Below are positions 55,524 through 64,000 of a DNA stretch of 64,000 bases, piece by piece. This stretch comes from an uncultured Lachnospiraceae bacterium (GTDB lineage: Bacteria; Bacillota; Clostridia; Lachnospirales; Lachnospiraceae), in assembly GCA_910588815.1 (NCBI GenBank), contig CAJUQY010000001.1, positions 60,016 through 124,015 on the forward strand, in the 5' to 3' direction. How positions within the stretch are numbered: position 1 is the stretch's first letter; each line of letters starts with the position of its first letter. The notes beneath the pieces are model-generated. The model searched no databases and was not told the origin of the DNA. It saw nothing but the letters and a program-made list of their open reading frames with translations. A program made the translations under genes and the position numbers.

Positions 55524-57212
55524 TTAATTTTTCCGGAGACGGAAGGTCTGGACGCTCTGCCGGAGCAGTCCGGCCTGGCGGTTCAGCTCTTCGCTGGTCG
55601 CGGCGCTTTCCTGGGCGGTTGCCGAATTATTTTGGGCTACGGTGGAGATCTGGACGATCTGCGACTGGATCTGATCTACCGCATCTGCCTGGGTCTGGGC
55701 GTCGGCGGCAATGTCATTGATAGTTCCCACGATCCTCTGTGCTTCTGCGACGGCCCCCTCCAGCTGTACTGCCGTGGCATGGGCGATCTCTGTACCTTCG
55801 CTCACGGCGGCAATGGAATGCTCGATCAGAGTGGAAGTGGATTTGGAGGCTTCCGCCGTTTTTTCTGCCAGGCTGCGCACTTCCTCAGAGACTACGGCAA
55901 AGCCCTTGCCGGCGCTTCCGGCTCTTGCCGCTTCCACGGAAGCGTTCAGGGCGAGGATATTGGTCTGGAAGGCGATATCTTCGATGGCCTTGATGATCTT
56001 TCCGATCTCGCTGGAGCTGACGTTGATTTTCTGCATGGCTTTTACCATTTCCTGCATTTTCAGGTTACTCTCAGCAAGCTGCCGCCCCACTTCTCCTGCC
56101 TGCGCCTGCGCCTGGCCGGCATTGTCCGCAGTCTGCTTGATGCGTCCGGTGACTTCCTGGATCGCCCTTTCCAGTCCGCCCACAGACTCCGTCTGTTCCA
56201 CGGCTCCCTGACTGAGCCCCTGCGCGGCGGAGGACATCTGAGACGCTCCTCCGGAAACGGATTCCGAACTGGAAACGATCTGTCCCATAGTTTTGTTGAG
56301 CTTTTGGAGGATATCGTTCAGGGAGGTGCGGATGGCGGCAAAATCTCCCACATATTCCTGCTCGATCTGGGCTGTCAGGTTCCCTTCGGCGACCGCTTCC
56401 AGCATGCGGGATATCTCCCCTATATAATTCCGCAGACGGGAGATGGTCTGGTCAAAGCTTTGGGCGAGGATTCCGATTTCGTCGGTGGAATGGATGTCGG
56501 CCATGATGTTCTGGCTGAGGCCCAGGCCCAGATTCCCCTGTTCCAGAGTCTGGGCCAATATGGTCAGGCGGAAGAGAGGCCTGGTAACGCTTTTCTTTAT
56601 GTAAAAGCCTGTGATCAGAATGCCGGCCACGATAAGCGCCGCCCCAATCAGGAAAGCGAGGCCTATGGTGAGATTGATGTGGCCTGCGGCATCCGCTATG
56701 GAGATCCCGGCGAAGATCAGGCCGTTGATCTTACCGTCGGCGTCTTTTGTGGGTACATAGGAACACAGGTGTGATTCCCCGAGGATGGTGGCACGCCCCA
56801 CGTAGGCCTTCCCCTCCTCCAGAACCGTTGCAGCCACTTGATCGGAAAGGCGGGTGCCGACGGCGCGGCGGCCGTCCTGCAAAATGGTGGTGTAGGCCCG
56901 TTCGTCCCCATGGAAAATGGTAAACTCGCAGCCCATCTGCTGTTTAAGAGAATCTAAAAGCTCTGTCTTGTCTTCTGGCCCGCTGTAATTGGCCAGTTCG
57001 TAGGCGAGCACATTGGTTCCGCTGATGCATACATCCTGCATCGTGGACATCGTGAGACGGTAGAACATCAGCGCGCAGAGTGTCACTACTATAATAATGC
57101 TCACCCCAAGCATGGCGGCTACCAGGTTCCCTACTTTGCGCCCGATCCGTTTGTTTTTTTGTCCGGCTGTTTTGTTGTTTGAATGTTTTCCTTTCATGAT
57201 TCCATACTCCAT
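55524..57212 (-). CDS. Methyl-accepting chemotaxis protein (Cache-type sensor + HAMP + MA domain)
   Basis: '[40 protein letters not shown]' is the conserved MCP signalling hairpin. It has two TM segments and a HAMP domain. The start may instead be the ATG at 57197. Confidence 0.9.
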   Translation of the reverse strand: MEYGIMKGKHSNNKTAGQKNKRIGRKVGNLVAAMLGVSIIIVVTLCALMFYRLTMSTMQDVCISGTNVLAYELANYSGPEDKTELLDSLKQQMGCEFTIFHGDERAYTTILQDGRRAVGTRLSDQVAATVLEEGKAYVGRATILGESHLCSYVPTKDADGKINGLIFAGISIADAAGHINLTIGLAFLIGAALIVAGILITGFYIKKSVTRPLFRLTILAQTLEQGNLGLGLSQNIMADIHSTDEIGILAQSFDQTISRLRNYIGEISRMLEAVAEGNLTAQIEQEYVGDFAAIRTSLNDILQKLNKTMGQIVSSSESVSGGASQMSSAAQGLSQGAVEQTESVGGLERAIQEVTGRIKQTADNAGQAQAQAGEVGRQLAESNLKMQEMVKAMQKINVSSSEIGKIIKAIEDIAFQTNILALNASVEAARAGSAGKGFAVVSEEVRSLAEKTAEASKSTSTLIEHSIAAVSEGTEIAHATAVQLEGAVAEAQRIVGTINDIAADAQTQADAVDQIQSQIVQISTVAQNNSATAQESAATSEELNRQAGLLRQSVQTFRLRKN

Positions 57213-57663
57213 ACCATTGATTCAAGTGTTTTAAACAGATAAAAACCACACGGAGCATCCGGCGTAAAAACTCCTTGCCTTCAGGGTGCGGTATTTACTA
57301 TTAGCATACCATAACTCCTTATAGTACGGCAACACTTTTTTATATCATAAATAAGAATATATGGTAAAAAGGAAATGTATCAGAAATATATCAGCCCTGT
57401 ATTCTCAAATGTATCTTTTTGAGGTATCTGAAAAGGGCGGGGCTGTTTTTGATCTTCTGAATAAATAATAGGGAAATAAAGATGAAAATGAATGAAATAG
57501 CCGATAAAATGAATAAATATTTATGCTGGATGCATGGGAAACAGTACAGGTGGTTTTAAATGTATCTTTTTTTTGCGTCAGAATAATTGGAAATGTATGG
57601 TAAAAATAACTAAAAAATGTACATATAAAACAGAATTTATATAAAAAATATACAAAAATAGGG

Positions 57664-57692
57664 TTGAAAATCAGAGAATTTGGTGTTATGAT
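57664..57692 (+). promoter_or_regulatory. Sigma-70-type promoter for the GntR/sugar locus
   Basis: TTGAAA (57664-57669) - 17 nt ending in TGT (extended -10) - TATGAT (57687-57692). Confidence 0.5.
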
Positions 57693-57757
57693 GTCTACGT
57701 GCACCGGTTTTGAGAAATATGGGACAAATGCTGCAGATGTTCAGGAGGTGAATAAAA

Positions 57758-58501
57758 GTGACGATTTCTTCAAAGAAACCGCTGTATTACCAGTTAAAGC
57801 AAACCATACTGAAATGGATCGAGAACGGAGAATATGCGCCCGGCGAGCTTCTCCCCTCAGAGAAACAGCTGCAGGAAATTTTCCACATCAGCCGGACCAC
57901 GGTGCGTCTGGCTTTGAAAGAACTGGCGCAGGAAGGATTTTTAATACGGAGTCCCGGAAAAGGAACCTTTGTGGCCTGCATGAAGATGGAAAGCGGGCCG
58001 AGGCGGCTTTTGAGCTTTACACAGGAAATGCTGGATATGGGACTTGGGGTTAGCAGCCAGATTATATCAGTTGAGAAGGAATATCCGGCGGCCCGGACCG
58101 CAAATAAGCTGCAGATCAGCCAGGAACAGCCTGTATGGCGTCTGGAACGGATCCGTCTGGCCGATACGGTTCCCATTGTCACGGAGGTAAATTACATTCC
58201 GTCCTCGCCGGTGCGGCAGATGGATATGAATCTGGTAAAAAACAGGTCTTTTTATGAGTTTTTGGAGCAGGAGTATGGGATTGTGATTGTATATGCGAGG
58301 GAGAAAGTGGAATGCCGGTTGGCGGACACGAGGGAGAGCAGACACCTGAATATTTCAAAAGGGTCGCCGATTCTCCATGTGGAGAGACTGACCTTTGGCT
58401 ACAGAAAAAACCGGCCGATGGAATCTTTTCCGGTAGAATTTGTCAAAATGTCCTATAACGCAAAAAAGTACAGTTTTCATCAGATCATCCGAAAGGAATG
58501 A
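57758..58501 (+). CDS. GntR-family transcriptional regulator (HutC subfamily, UTRA effector domain)
   Basis: GTG start with SD aggaggtg. 'LPSEKQLQEIFHISRTTVRLALKELAQEGFLIR' is a GntR wHTH. Confidence 0.85.
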   Translation: MTISSKKPLYYQLKQTILKWIENGEYAPGELLPSEKQLQEIFHISRTTVRLALKELAQEGFLIRSPGKGTFVACMKMESGPRRLLSFTQEMLDMGLGVSSQIISVEKEYPAARTANKLQISQEQPVWRLERIRLADTVPIVTEVNYIPSSPVRQMDMNLVKNRSFYEFLEQEYGIVIVYAREKVECRLADTRESRHLNISKGSPILHVERLTFGYRKNRPMESFPVEFVKMSYNAKKYSFHQIIRKE

Positions 58502-58568
58502 ACCAAGGTGTCAGCTGCACAGTGCAGTACACATACATACTATTAATCTTAAAAGGAGGAGGAACAAG

Positions 58569-59798
58569 ATGACAAAAAAGAAAGTAATGGCAGTGCTTCT
58601 CGTTCTGGCCATGGGGGCGTGCCTGTTTGCGGGCTGTGGCAGTAAGAAGGAGGAGGCGGGCGCCGACGCGAAAAAAACGGCCGGCACTGAGGCGAAGGAA
58701 ACAGCCGTGGAATCGAAAGCGGAGGAGCCGGCGGAGACAGCGAAAACAGATGTGCCCATAGAAGGGCTGACTTTCAAGGATCCGGTTCCTGTCCCGGACG
58801 AGATCACGACCTATGGGCCTGACGGAAAAACGGCGGCCTGGTATACGGAGCTTGAGCTGACGCCGGAAGAGCTGGAACAGGTTCGTTCCATGGAGCTGAC
58901 GGCATGCTTTGAACTGATCAATGCCAGCGAATGGGACAATGCCAACCTGATCGGCTTTCAGGATGCATGTGAAGCGATGGGCATAGAGATTGTGGGGCAG
59001 GGCTGCTGTGATCTGGATCCCATTACTCAGAAAACAAATATGGAATCCTTTGCCGCGCTGAACCCGGATATTATTTCCTGCCAGCCTCAGGATCTGGATG
59101 TATGCGCACCGACCTTTGATCCCCTGTGGCAGTCCGGCGTGAAACTGACCTTCATGAGCAATGTCCCTGCGGGATATACTCCGGGAAAGGAATATGTCGG
59201 AGCGATTACGGATTCCATCATTGACATGGGGATCGACAGTGCGGAGATGATGGCGGATGCCATCGGCGGGGAAGGAGAGATCCTGGCAATCACTGTGGCA
59301 GATGTGAATTATGTCTGTAATACCAGAGATCAGGCGTTCCTGGATACCATTGAAGAGAAGTATCCCGATATTACGGTTGTAGAAGTCGGAGGTTTTTCCT
59401 CTGCCAGTGAGGCCGGCCAGGTTGCCTCTGCCCTCGTGACAAAATATCCGAATGTGAAGGGGATCTTTGTCTCCTATTCGTCCCCCTGCATTGATGTGCT
59501 TCAGACCGTAAAGGCTCTGGGACGGACGGATATCAAGATCGTCACGATGGACCTGGATTCGACTTGTGCCCTGGACATGGCACAGGGCGGAAATATTGTG
59601 GGAATTGCCTGTGACATGCCTTATGCGATGGGATTCGGGCGCGCCCTGATGGCGGCCTATGGCTGCATCGGCAAGGAATGCCCCGGTTATGTTACTTCTC
59701 CCTCCTTTAAGGTTACCCGCGAAAACCTTTTGGACGGTTACAAAACCTCTCTGGGAATTGAAGCCCCGGCCGAGGTACAGGAAGCGCTTGCGAAATGA
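58569..59798 (+). CDS. Sugar ABC transporter substrate-binding lipoprotein
   Basis: ATG at 58569 (SD aaaggaggagg). Lipobox 'LVLAMGACLFAGCGS', a Glu/Ala/Lys-rich linker, then a periplasmic-binding-protein type I fold pattern. Confidence 0.75.
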   Translation: MTKKKVMAVLLVLAMGACLFAGCGSKKEEAGADAKKTAGTEAKETAVESKAEEPAETAKTDVPIEGLTFKDPVPVPDEITTYGPDGKTAAWYTELELTPEELEQVRSMELTACFELINASEWDNANLIGFQDACEAMGIEIVGQGCCDLDPITQKTNMESFAALNPDIISCQPQDLDVCAPTFDPLWQSGVKLTFMSNVPAGYTPGKEYVGAITDSIIDMGIDSAEMMADAIGGEGEILAITVADVNYVCNTRDQAFLDTIEEKYPDITVVEVGGFSSASEAGQVASALVTKYPNVKGIFVSYSSPCIDVLQTVKALGRTDIKIVTMDLDSTCALDMAQGGNIVGIACDMPYAMGFGRALMAAYGCIGKECPGYVTSPSFKVTRENLLDGYKTSLGIEAPAEVQEALAK

Positions 59799-59808
59799 GG
59801 TGACGGCA

Positions 59809-61323
59809 ATGGCTGCTAAAGCAGATACTGCCTGTGCGGTTGAGATGCACGATATTGTTATGGAGTTTTCCGGCGTCCGGGCGCTTTCCGGTGTGGAGTT
59901 CTGCCTCCGGCAAGGCCAGATCATGGGACTTGTCGGAAAAAACGGCGCCGGAAAAAGCACATTGATGAAGATCATCAACGGGGTTTATACGCAGACAGAG
60001 GGCACAGTCAGTTTTTTCGGACAGAATATTGACAAGAATGTATCTGTCAAAGAGCGGGAGCGGACCGTGGCAATGATTTACCAGGATTACAGCCTGGTGG
60101 GTGAGATGACGGTTGCGGAAAATATTTTTCTGAATGCGGAGCCGCTGCAGCGCGGACTGATCTCGGACCGTACGTGTGTCCGGAAGGTGCAGGAGTTTTT
60201 TGACTCCATGGGAATTCCCATCGATCCCCGGGAGAAGGTGAAGAATCTCTCCACCGGCGACATGCAGCTGGTGGAGATCGCAAAAGCAATCATGAAGCAC
60301 ACGAAGGTCATTTTGATGGATGAGCCGACGGCAGCTCTGGACGCGGAGGCGACGGCAAAATTTTTTGAGATCTTGTCCAGGCTGAAGGAGCAGGGGTATT
60401 CGATTGTGATCAGCACGCATCACCTGCAGCACATTATGGATATCTGCGACAGCGTAACGATTATCCGCGACGGAAGGGCCTGTATGACGGGGGCGGTCGC
60501 GGAGACTACGCTGGAGGAGGTGATTGCGCAGATGCTGGGCGAGACAGGCTTTCAGGCAGTCCAAAGCCGCCCTTACTGCAGCTTCGAGTCCAAAGCCCCC
60601 TTACTGCAGGTGAAAAATGTTACATCAAAGGTGATTCGGGAACCCTTCAGCCTTGAAGTGCGCCCCGGGGAAGTCGTCGGCCTTGCCGGCCTGAAGGGAG
60701 CGGGGAGGACAGAAATTTTTAACTGCATTTTCGGTATTGACCCGCCTGAAAGCGGGGAGGTCATTCTGGAAGGAAAGCGGCTCAAGGTGAGGAACCCCGG
60801 GGATGCGATCCGCGACGGACTGTTTCTGATCCCGGAAAACCGCCATACACAGGGACTGTCGCTGATGCATACCCTCTATGACAACGCTCTGCTTCCGATT
60901 CTGGAAAATCTGAGCAGGGGCCGTTTCTTCATCAATGACAGGCAGGGAAGGCAGATTGTTGAAGATATCATACGCACCATGCAGGTCAAGACTCCGGGGA
61001 GCGATGTGGCAATCAGCAAGCTTTCCGGCGGGAACCAGCAGAAAGTAGTCGTGGGCAAAGCGCTGAAGAGCGAGCCGAAGGTACTGCTTATGGACGATCC
61101 GACCTACGGCGTCGACATCCATGCGAAGGGGGATATTACGGCGGCCATTTCTCGGTTTACCGACGAGGGCGGGGGCGTCCTGTTTGTATCCTCGGAGCTT
61201 GTGGAAATGATTGAAAACTGTGATCGGATCCTTATTGTGAAATACAATCGGATCGTCGGTGAGATCCGGGATGTCCCTAAAGCAGGATTGACGGAAGACA
61301 GCTTGATGGCTGCCATTCAATAG
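59809..61323 (+). CDS. Sugar ABC transporter ATP-binding protein (tandem ABC domains, RbsA/MglA-like)
   Basis: 'GKNGAGKST' and 'GLKGAGRTE' Walker A motifs, plus 'LSGGNQQKV'. I prefer the ATG at 59809. Confidence 0.9.
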   Translation: MAAKADTACAVEMHDIVMEFSGVRALSGVEFCLRQGQIMGLVGKNGAGKSTLMKIINGVYTQTEGTVSFFGQNIDKNVSVKERERTVAMIYQDYSLVGEMTVAENIFLNAEPLQRGLISDRTCVRKVQEFFDSMGIPIDPREKVKNLSTGDMQLVEIAKAIMKHTKVILMDEPTAALDAEATAKFFEILSRLKEQGYSIVISTHHLQHIMDICDSVTIIRDGRACMTGAVAETTLEEVIAQMLGETGFQAVQSRPYCSFESKAPLLQVKNVTSKVIREPFSLEVRPGEVVGLAGLKGAGRTEIFNCIFGIDPPESGEVILEGKRLKVRNPGDAIRDGLFLIPENRHTQGLSLMHTLYDNALLPILENLSRGRFFINDRQGRQIVEDIIRTMQVKTPGSDVAISKLSGGNQQKVVVGKALKSEPKVLLMDDPTYGVDIHAKGDITAAISRFTDEGGGVLFVSSELVEMIENCDRILIVKYNRIVGEIRDVPKAGLTEDSLMAAIQ

Positions 61324-61326
61324 GAG

Positions 61327-62292
61327 GTGCGTTTCATGAAAATTCGCGGGACTTCTGTCAGGCGGTTTTTATCTAAGTATATGATCTATGTTGCATTTGT
61401 GGTCCTTGTGATCGTTTTTTCTGTTACACTCGGCAATGTCGGCAATGGATTTCTTGATATGGGGAATGTCTGGAACATTATCCGGCAGACGTCCCTGATC
61501 GCAATCCTTGCGGTGGGGATGACCTACGCTCTGGGAGCCGGCCAGATCGATTTGTCGGTCGGCTCCGTCGTTGGGCTGACCTCGCTGGTAACCGCGTGGA
61601 GCGTGCAGCGTTTCGGACTGGTTCCCGGTGTTTTGGCGGGTCTGGGTGTCGGCATCGGTGTGGGCGCGCTGAACGGAGCGCTGATTGCCTGGGTGAAAAT
61701 TCCGCCTTTTATTGCAACGCTCGGGACGCAGATTCTGTTCGCCGGTGTATCCCGGACGGTTTCGGGGCTCAAATCGGTGCCGATCACCAATACGGCTTTT
61801 AACTTTGCCTTTGGCGGAGGCGACTTCGGAGGGATTCCGGTTTTGCTGCCATGGATGCTGGCAGTGGTGATACTGGGGCATCTGTATATGCGCAAGCGTC
61901 CCTTCGGCCGCCAGGTCGTTGCGGTGGGGGGCAATGCAAAAGCGTCTCTGTATTCCGGGGTTCATGTAAAGCGTACTATATTCAAGGTGATGGTGCTCTC
62001 CGGTTTTTTGGCGGCCCTGGCAGGGGTATTATGGGCGGGACGTTTTGGCGGAGGCCGTTATTCTCTTGGAGAGGCGGAGGAGACTTCGGCCATTGCGGCG
62101 GCAGTCCTCGGGGGGACAAGCATCAACGGCGGGAAAGCTTTTGTTGCGGGCGCCTGTATAGGCGCCGTCATGCTGGGGATGATCAACAATGCCCTTGTCA
62201 TGTATGGGCTTGACGTGTACCAGCAGATGGTGGTGCGCGGCCTGATTATCCTAGCGGCAGTTGCTTTTACAGTCAATGCAGAGAAGGAATAA
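61327..62292 (+). CDS. Sugar ABC transporter permease (RbsC-like)
   Basis: 321-aa ORF with about 9 hydrophobic helices. 'GQIDLSVGSVVGL' is typical of the BPD_transp_2 family. Confidence 0.85.
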   Translation: MRFMKIRGTSVRRFLSKYMIYVAFVVLVIVFSVTLGNVGNGFLDMGNVWNIIRQTSLIAILAVGMTYALGAGQIDLSVGSVVGLTSLVTAWSVQRFGLVPGVLAGLGVGIGVGALNGALIAWVKIPPFIATLGTQILFAGVSRTVSGLKSVPITNTAFNFAFGGGDFGGIPVLLPWMLAVVILGHLYMRKRPFGRQVVAVGGNAKASLYSGVHVKRTIFKVMVLSGFLAALAGVLWAGRFGGGRYSLGEAEETSAIAAAVLGGTSINGGKAFVAGACIGAVMLGMINNALVMYGLDVYQQMVVRGLIILAAVAFTVNAEKE

Positions 62293-62319
62293 CCTGCAGG
62301 GGTGAGGAGGTGCAGAACC

Positions 62320-63246
62320 ATGCTGGATATTATTGGAGTCGGCGATACAAATGTGGATGTGATGATACAGGTGCCGAATATTCCCATGCATGATGAAAAG
62401 GCGCGGGGAAAGCTTGTCGGAAATTACCCCGGCGGCATTACTGCCAATTTCTGTTCCGCAGCGGCAGCTCTCGGGGCAAAGGTCGGTGCGGTGTGCAAGG
62501 TTGGGCGGGACGACTACGGGAAGATGGCGTTTTCCGATCTTCAGGCCAGAGGCATTGATATCAGCCACATGGTCATCGACCCGGAATGTGAGACGTATTT
62601 CTGTATGGTTTTGCTGGACGCAACCGGTGAGAAGGCACTGACGATCGTGGAGACCTCCGGCTTTCTTCCCCACCCGGCTGAGATAGATGTCGCTTACCTG
62701 AAAACGGCCAGATGGGTTCATATGACTACGCTGGACATGGAACTGACTGCCTGGGCGGCACGGGAGCTGGAAGGAAGCGGGACAATGCTCTCACTGGACA
62801 TTGAGGCGACTGCCGGAGATTGTACACGGGAACTCTGGGATGAGGTGCTTGGACGGACGGCAATTGCCTTTCCCAACGAGGCGGGGCTGGAGGCGCTGAC
62901 GGGATGCAAAACCATAGAAGAGGGCGCGAAGCAGATGCTGGTGAGGGGAGTAAAACTGGTTGTGGTGACCTGCGGGGCGGACGGGGTCCGGATTTATCAC
63001 AAGAAGGGAAGCGTCTGCCGCCAGGCATACCGTGTGCCGGTGAAGGATACGACAGGGGCGGGCGACTGTTTTAATGGGGCGTTTCTTACGGGGATTACGA
63101 AGGGATGGAGCCTGGAGCGCTGTGCCAGGTTTGCCTGCGCGGCTGCCGCCATTTCCATAGGTTCCGTGGGAGCCAGGACGGGTATCCCTGTTCCGGCACA
63201 GGTACAGGAATTTTTGGAAGAACGGGGAGAGGGGATATGCGATTAG
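62320..63246 (+). CDS. PfkB-family carbohydrate kinase
   Basis: ATG at 62320 (SD gaggagg). 'DIIGVGDTNVD' and 'DTTGAGDCFNGAFL' are PfkB signatures. Confidence 0.85.
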   Translation: MLDIIGVGDTNVDVMIQVPNIPMHDEKARGKLVGNYPGGITANFCSAAAALGAKVGAVCKVGRDDYGKMAFSDLQARGIDISHMVIDPECETYFCMVLLDATGEKALTIVETSGFLPHPAEIDVAYLKTARWVHMTTLDMELTAWAARELEGSGTMLSLDIEATAGDCTRELWDEVLGRTAIAFPNEAGLEALTGCKTIEEGAKQMLVRGVKLVVVTCGADGVRIYHKKGSVCRQAYRVPVKDTTGAGDCFNGAFLTGITKGWSLERCARFACAAAAISIGSVGARTGIPVPAQVQEFLEERGEGICD

Positions 63247-64000
63247 AAACCGGAATTTATAAAAGCAACTATCCGGAACAGGCGGATGGCTGGCGGATCC
63301 TGTGTGAACAGGAAAAAACACCCTTCCGCCTTACGGACCGGCCGGACTGTACGGTTCTTTTGTGTGAGGGGCACACGCCGGAGTGGCTGACAGATTATCT
63401 GGAGGAAGGCGGAGTGGCGGTCTTGTCCGGTGTCCGCCCGGAGGATCTTCCGTTTCCGACGGATTACATCGGCCCGGCCTCCCTGGAATCGGCGGATCTG
63501 ACGGAGCTGGGAGCGGGAAAAACCCGCATCCAAAGTCTTGTGCAGGTTTATGACGGGGCGGGGGTGGGAATGCTGTGCCTCCATGAAAAACGAAAGATCA
63601 AAGGCGGGAGGCACCCGGATGAATATCCGGCGGTTTTATGGCAGGAGGCGGGAAAAGGCGGCTGCTGGTATACGGGAATCCCTTTTTCGGAGCTGGTCTG
63701 CGCTCTCGGGGATACCCTCAGGCAGACACCGGAGGATTCGGACTACTCAGAGCGGATTACGGCGGTGGATAAGCATCTTTTGCTGCGGGCCATGCGCCGG
63801 CTTCTGGCGCAGGCATATGCAAAGCGCGGGCTTCCTTATATTTATCTTCATTACTATCCGGAAGATTACCGGTCGGTGTTTGTGTTCCGTGTCGATGTGG
63901 ACGGTGTCTATGGCGACTGCCTGGAGCAGATCAGCGCTGCCGCAAAGGAGGCGGGTATCCGGGTTTCCTTCTATATTAATCAGGCGCTGTGCCAGGAAGA
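63237..64000 (+). CDS. Partial ORF (3' end outside window), possibly polysaccharide-deacetylase (NodB/ArnD-like) fold
   Basis: The ORF is open from the ATG at 63237 to the window end and is not in the supplied track. 'VFVFRVDVDGVYGDCLEQISAAAKEAGIRVSFYIN' recalls the R-[IV]-D-V-D motif of ArnD-type deacetylases. This is weak. Confidence 0.4.
   Translation, partial: MRLETGIYKSNYPEQADGWRILCEQEKTPFRLTDRPDCTVLLCEGHTPEWLTDYLEEGGVAVLSGVRPEDLPFPTDYIGPASLESADLTELGAGKTRIQSLVQVYDGAGVGMLCLHEKRKIKGGRHPDEYPAVLWQEAGKGGCWYTGIPFSELVCALGDTLRQTPEDSDYSERITAVDKHLLLRAMRRLLAQAYAKRGLPYIYLHYYPEDYRSVFVFRVDVDGVYGDCLEQISAAAKEAGIRVSFYINQALCQE

Noticed and set aside
55419-56774. 451-aa plus-strand ORF
   Set aside because: It lies entirely antisense to the well-supported MCP gene (55524-57212). 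The product is Gly/Leu/Arg/Asp-rich and low-complexity with no motif or SD. This is a typical shadow ORF of a GC-biased coding strand.
57500-57507. Exact GCCGATAA on the plus strand in the MCP/GntR intergenic region, and GCCGATAT at 38707-38714 upstream of nrdD
   Set aside because: Both point toward non-flagellar genes (gntR, nrdD) and have no TAAA or TTAT at the right spacing. About two chance occurrences of an 8-mer are expected in 64 kb on both strands. The MCP gene is on the opposite strand.
57405-57704. 99-aa minus-strand ORF in the AT-rich MCP/GntR intergenic region
   Set aside because: The product is a Phe/Ile/Tyr/Ser-rich translation of AT-rich DNA. It has no SD and overlaps the predicted sigma-70 promoter. 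I treat the region as regulatory instead.
58485-59978. 497-aa minus-strand ORF
   Set aside because: It is antisense to the substrate-binding lipoprotein and the start of the ABC ATPase gene. It has no motif and an Arg/Gly/His-rich composition.

Overview
This looks like a chromosomal segment of a motile anaerobic Firmicute. It appears Clostridia/Lachnospiraceae-like from gene content and B. subtilis-like synteny, but that taxonomy is inference only. GC is roughly 50-55%, with visibly lower-GC inserts.

1-14.8 kb holds late flagellar genes. On the plus strand are fliD, fliS, a FliT-like ORF and a second FliD-like gene. On the minus strand is a flgM-flgN-flgK-flgL-(yviE-position ORF)-fliW-csrA operon. 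It is divergent from a FliK-like / FlhB-C-like / SLT transglycosylase / PilZ operon.

14.9-25.8 kb and 32.0-34.4 kb form a flagellin-glycosylation island. It has two GmaR-like GT2-TPR genes, two CgeB-like GTs, a DUF1792-type GT, and a GT2-methyltransferase fusion and a GT4 gene that are both frameshifted. The island is interrupted by lower-GC inserts: an AAA-ATPase/PD-(D/E)XK gene behind a G10 tract, and a tandemly duplicated XRE-regulator cassette.

25.8-30.7 kb is a ~4.9 kb lower-GC cassette of 8-9 ORFs sitting directly upstream of the flagellin gene (30895). I recognise no family in it except a C-terminal OmpA-like peptidoglycan-binding domain on a lipoprotein. This is my top candidate for an undescribed system.

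34.4-64 kb is housekeeping and accessory metabolism. It contains an ABC-2 exporter, a serine hydrolase, nrdDG, an ECF sigma/anti-sigma pair, a URO-D-like gene and a cwlD-like amidase. These are followed by sua5, a degenerate ywlE-like gene, rpiB, a dCMP deaminase and a complete F1Fo atp operon whose c subunit carries a Na+ signature. The region ends with an MCP and a GntR-linked sugar ABC / PfkB kinase locus running off the window.

I recognised no rRNA, tRNA, CRISPR array, transposase or integrase. All family calls come from motif recognition by eye; no searches were run.
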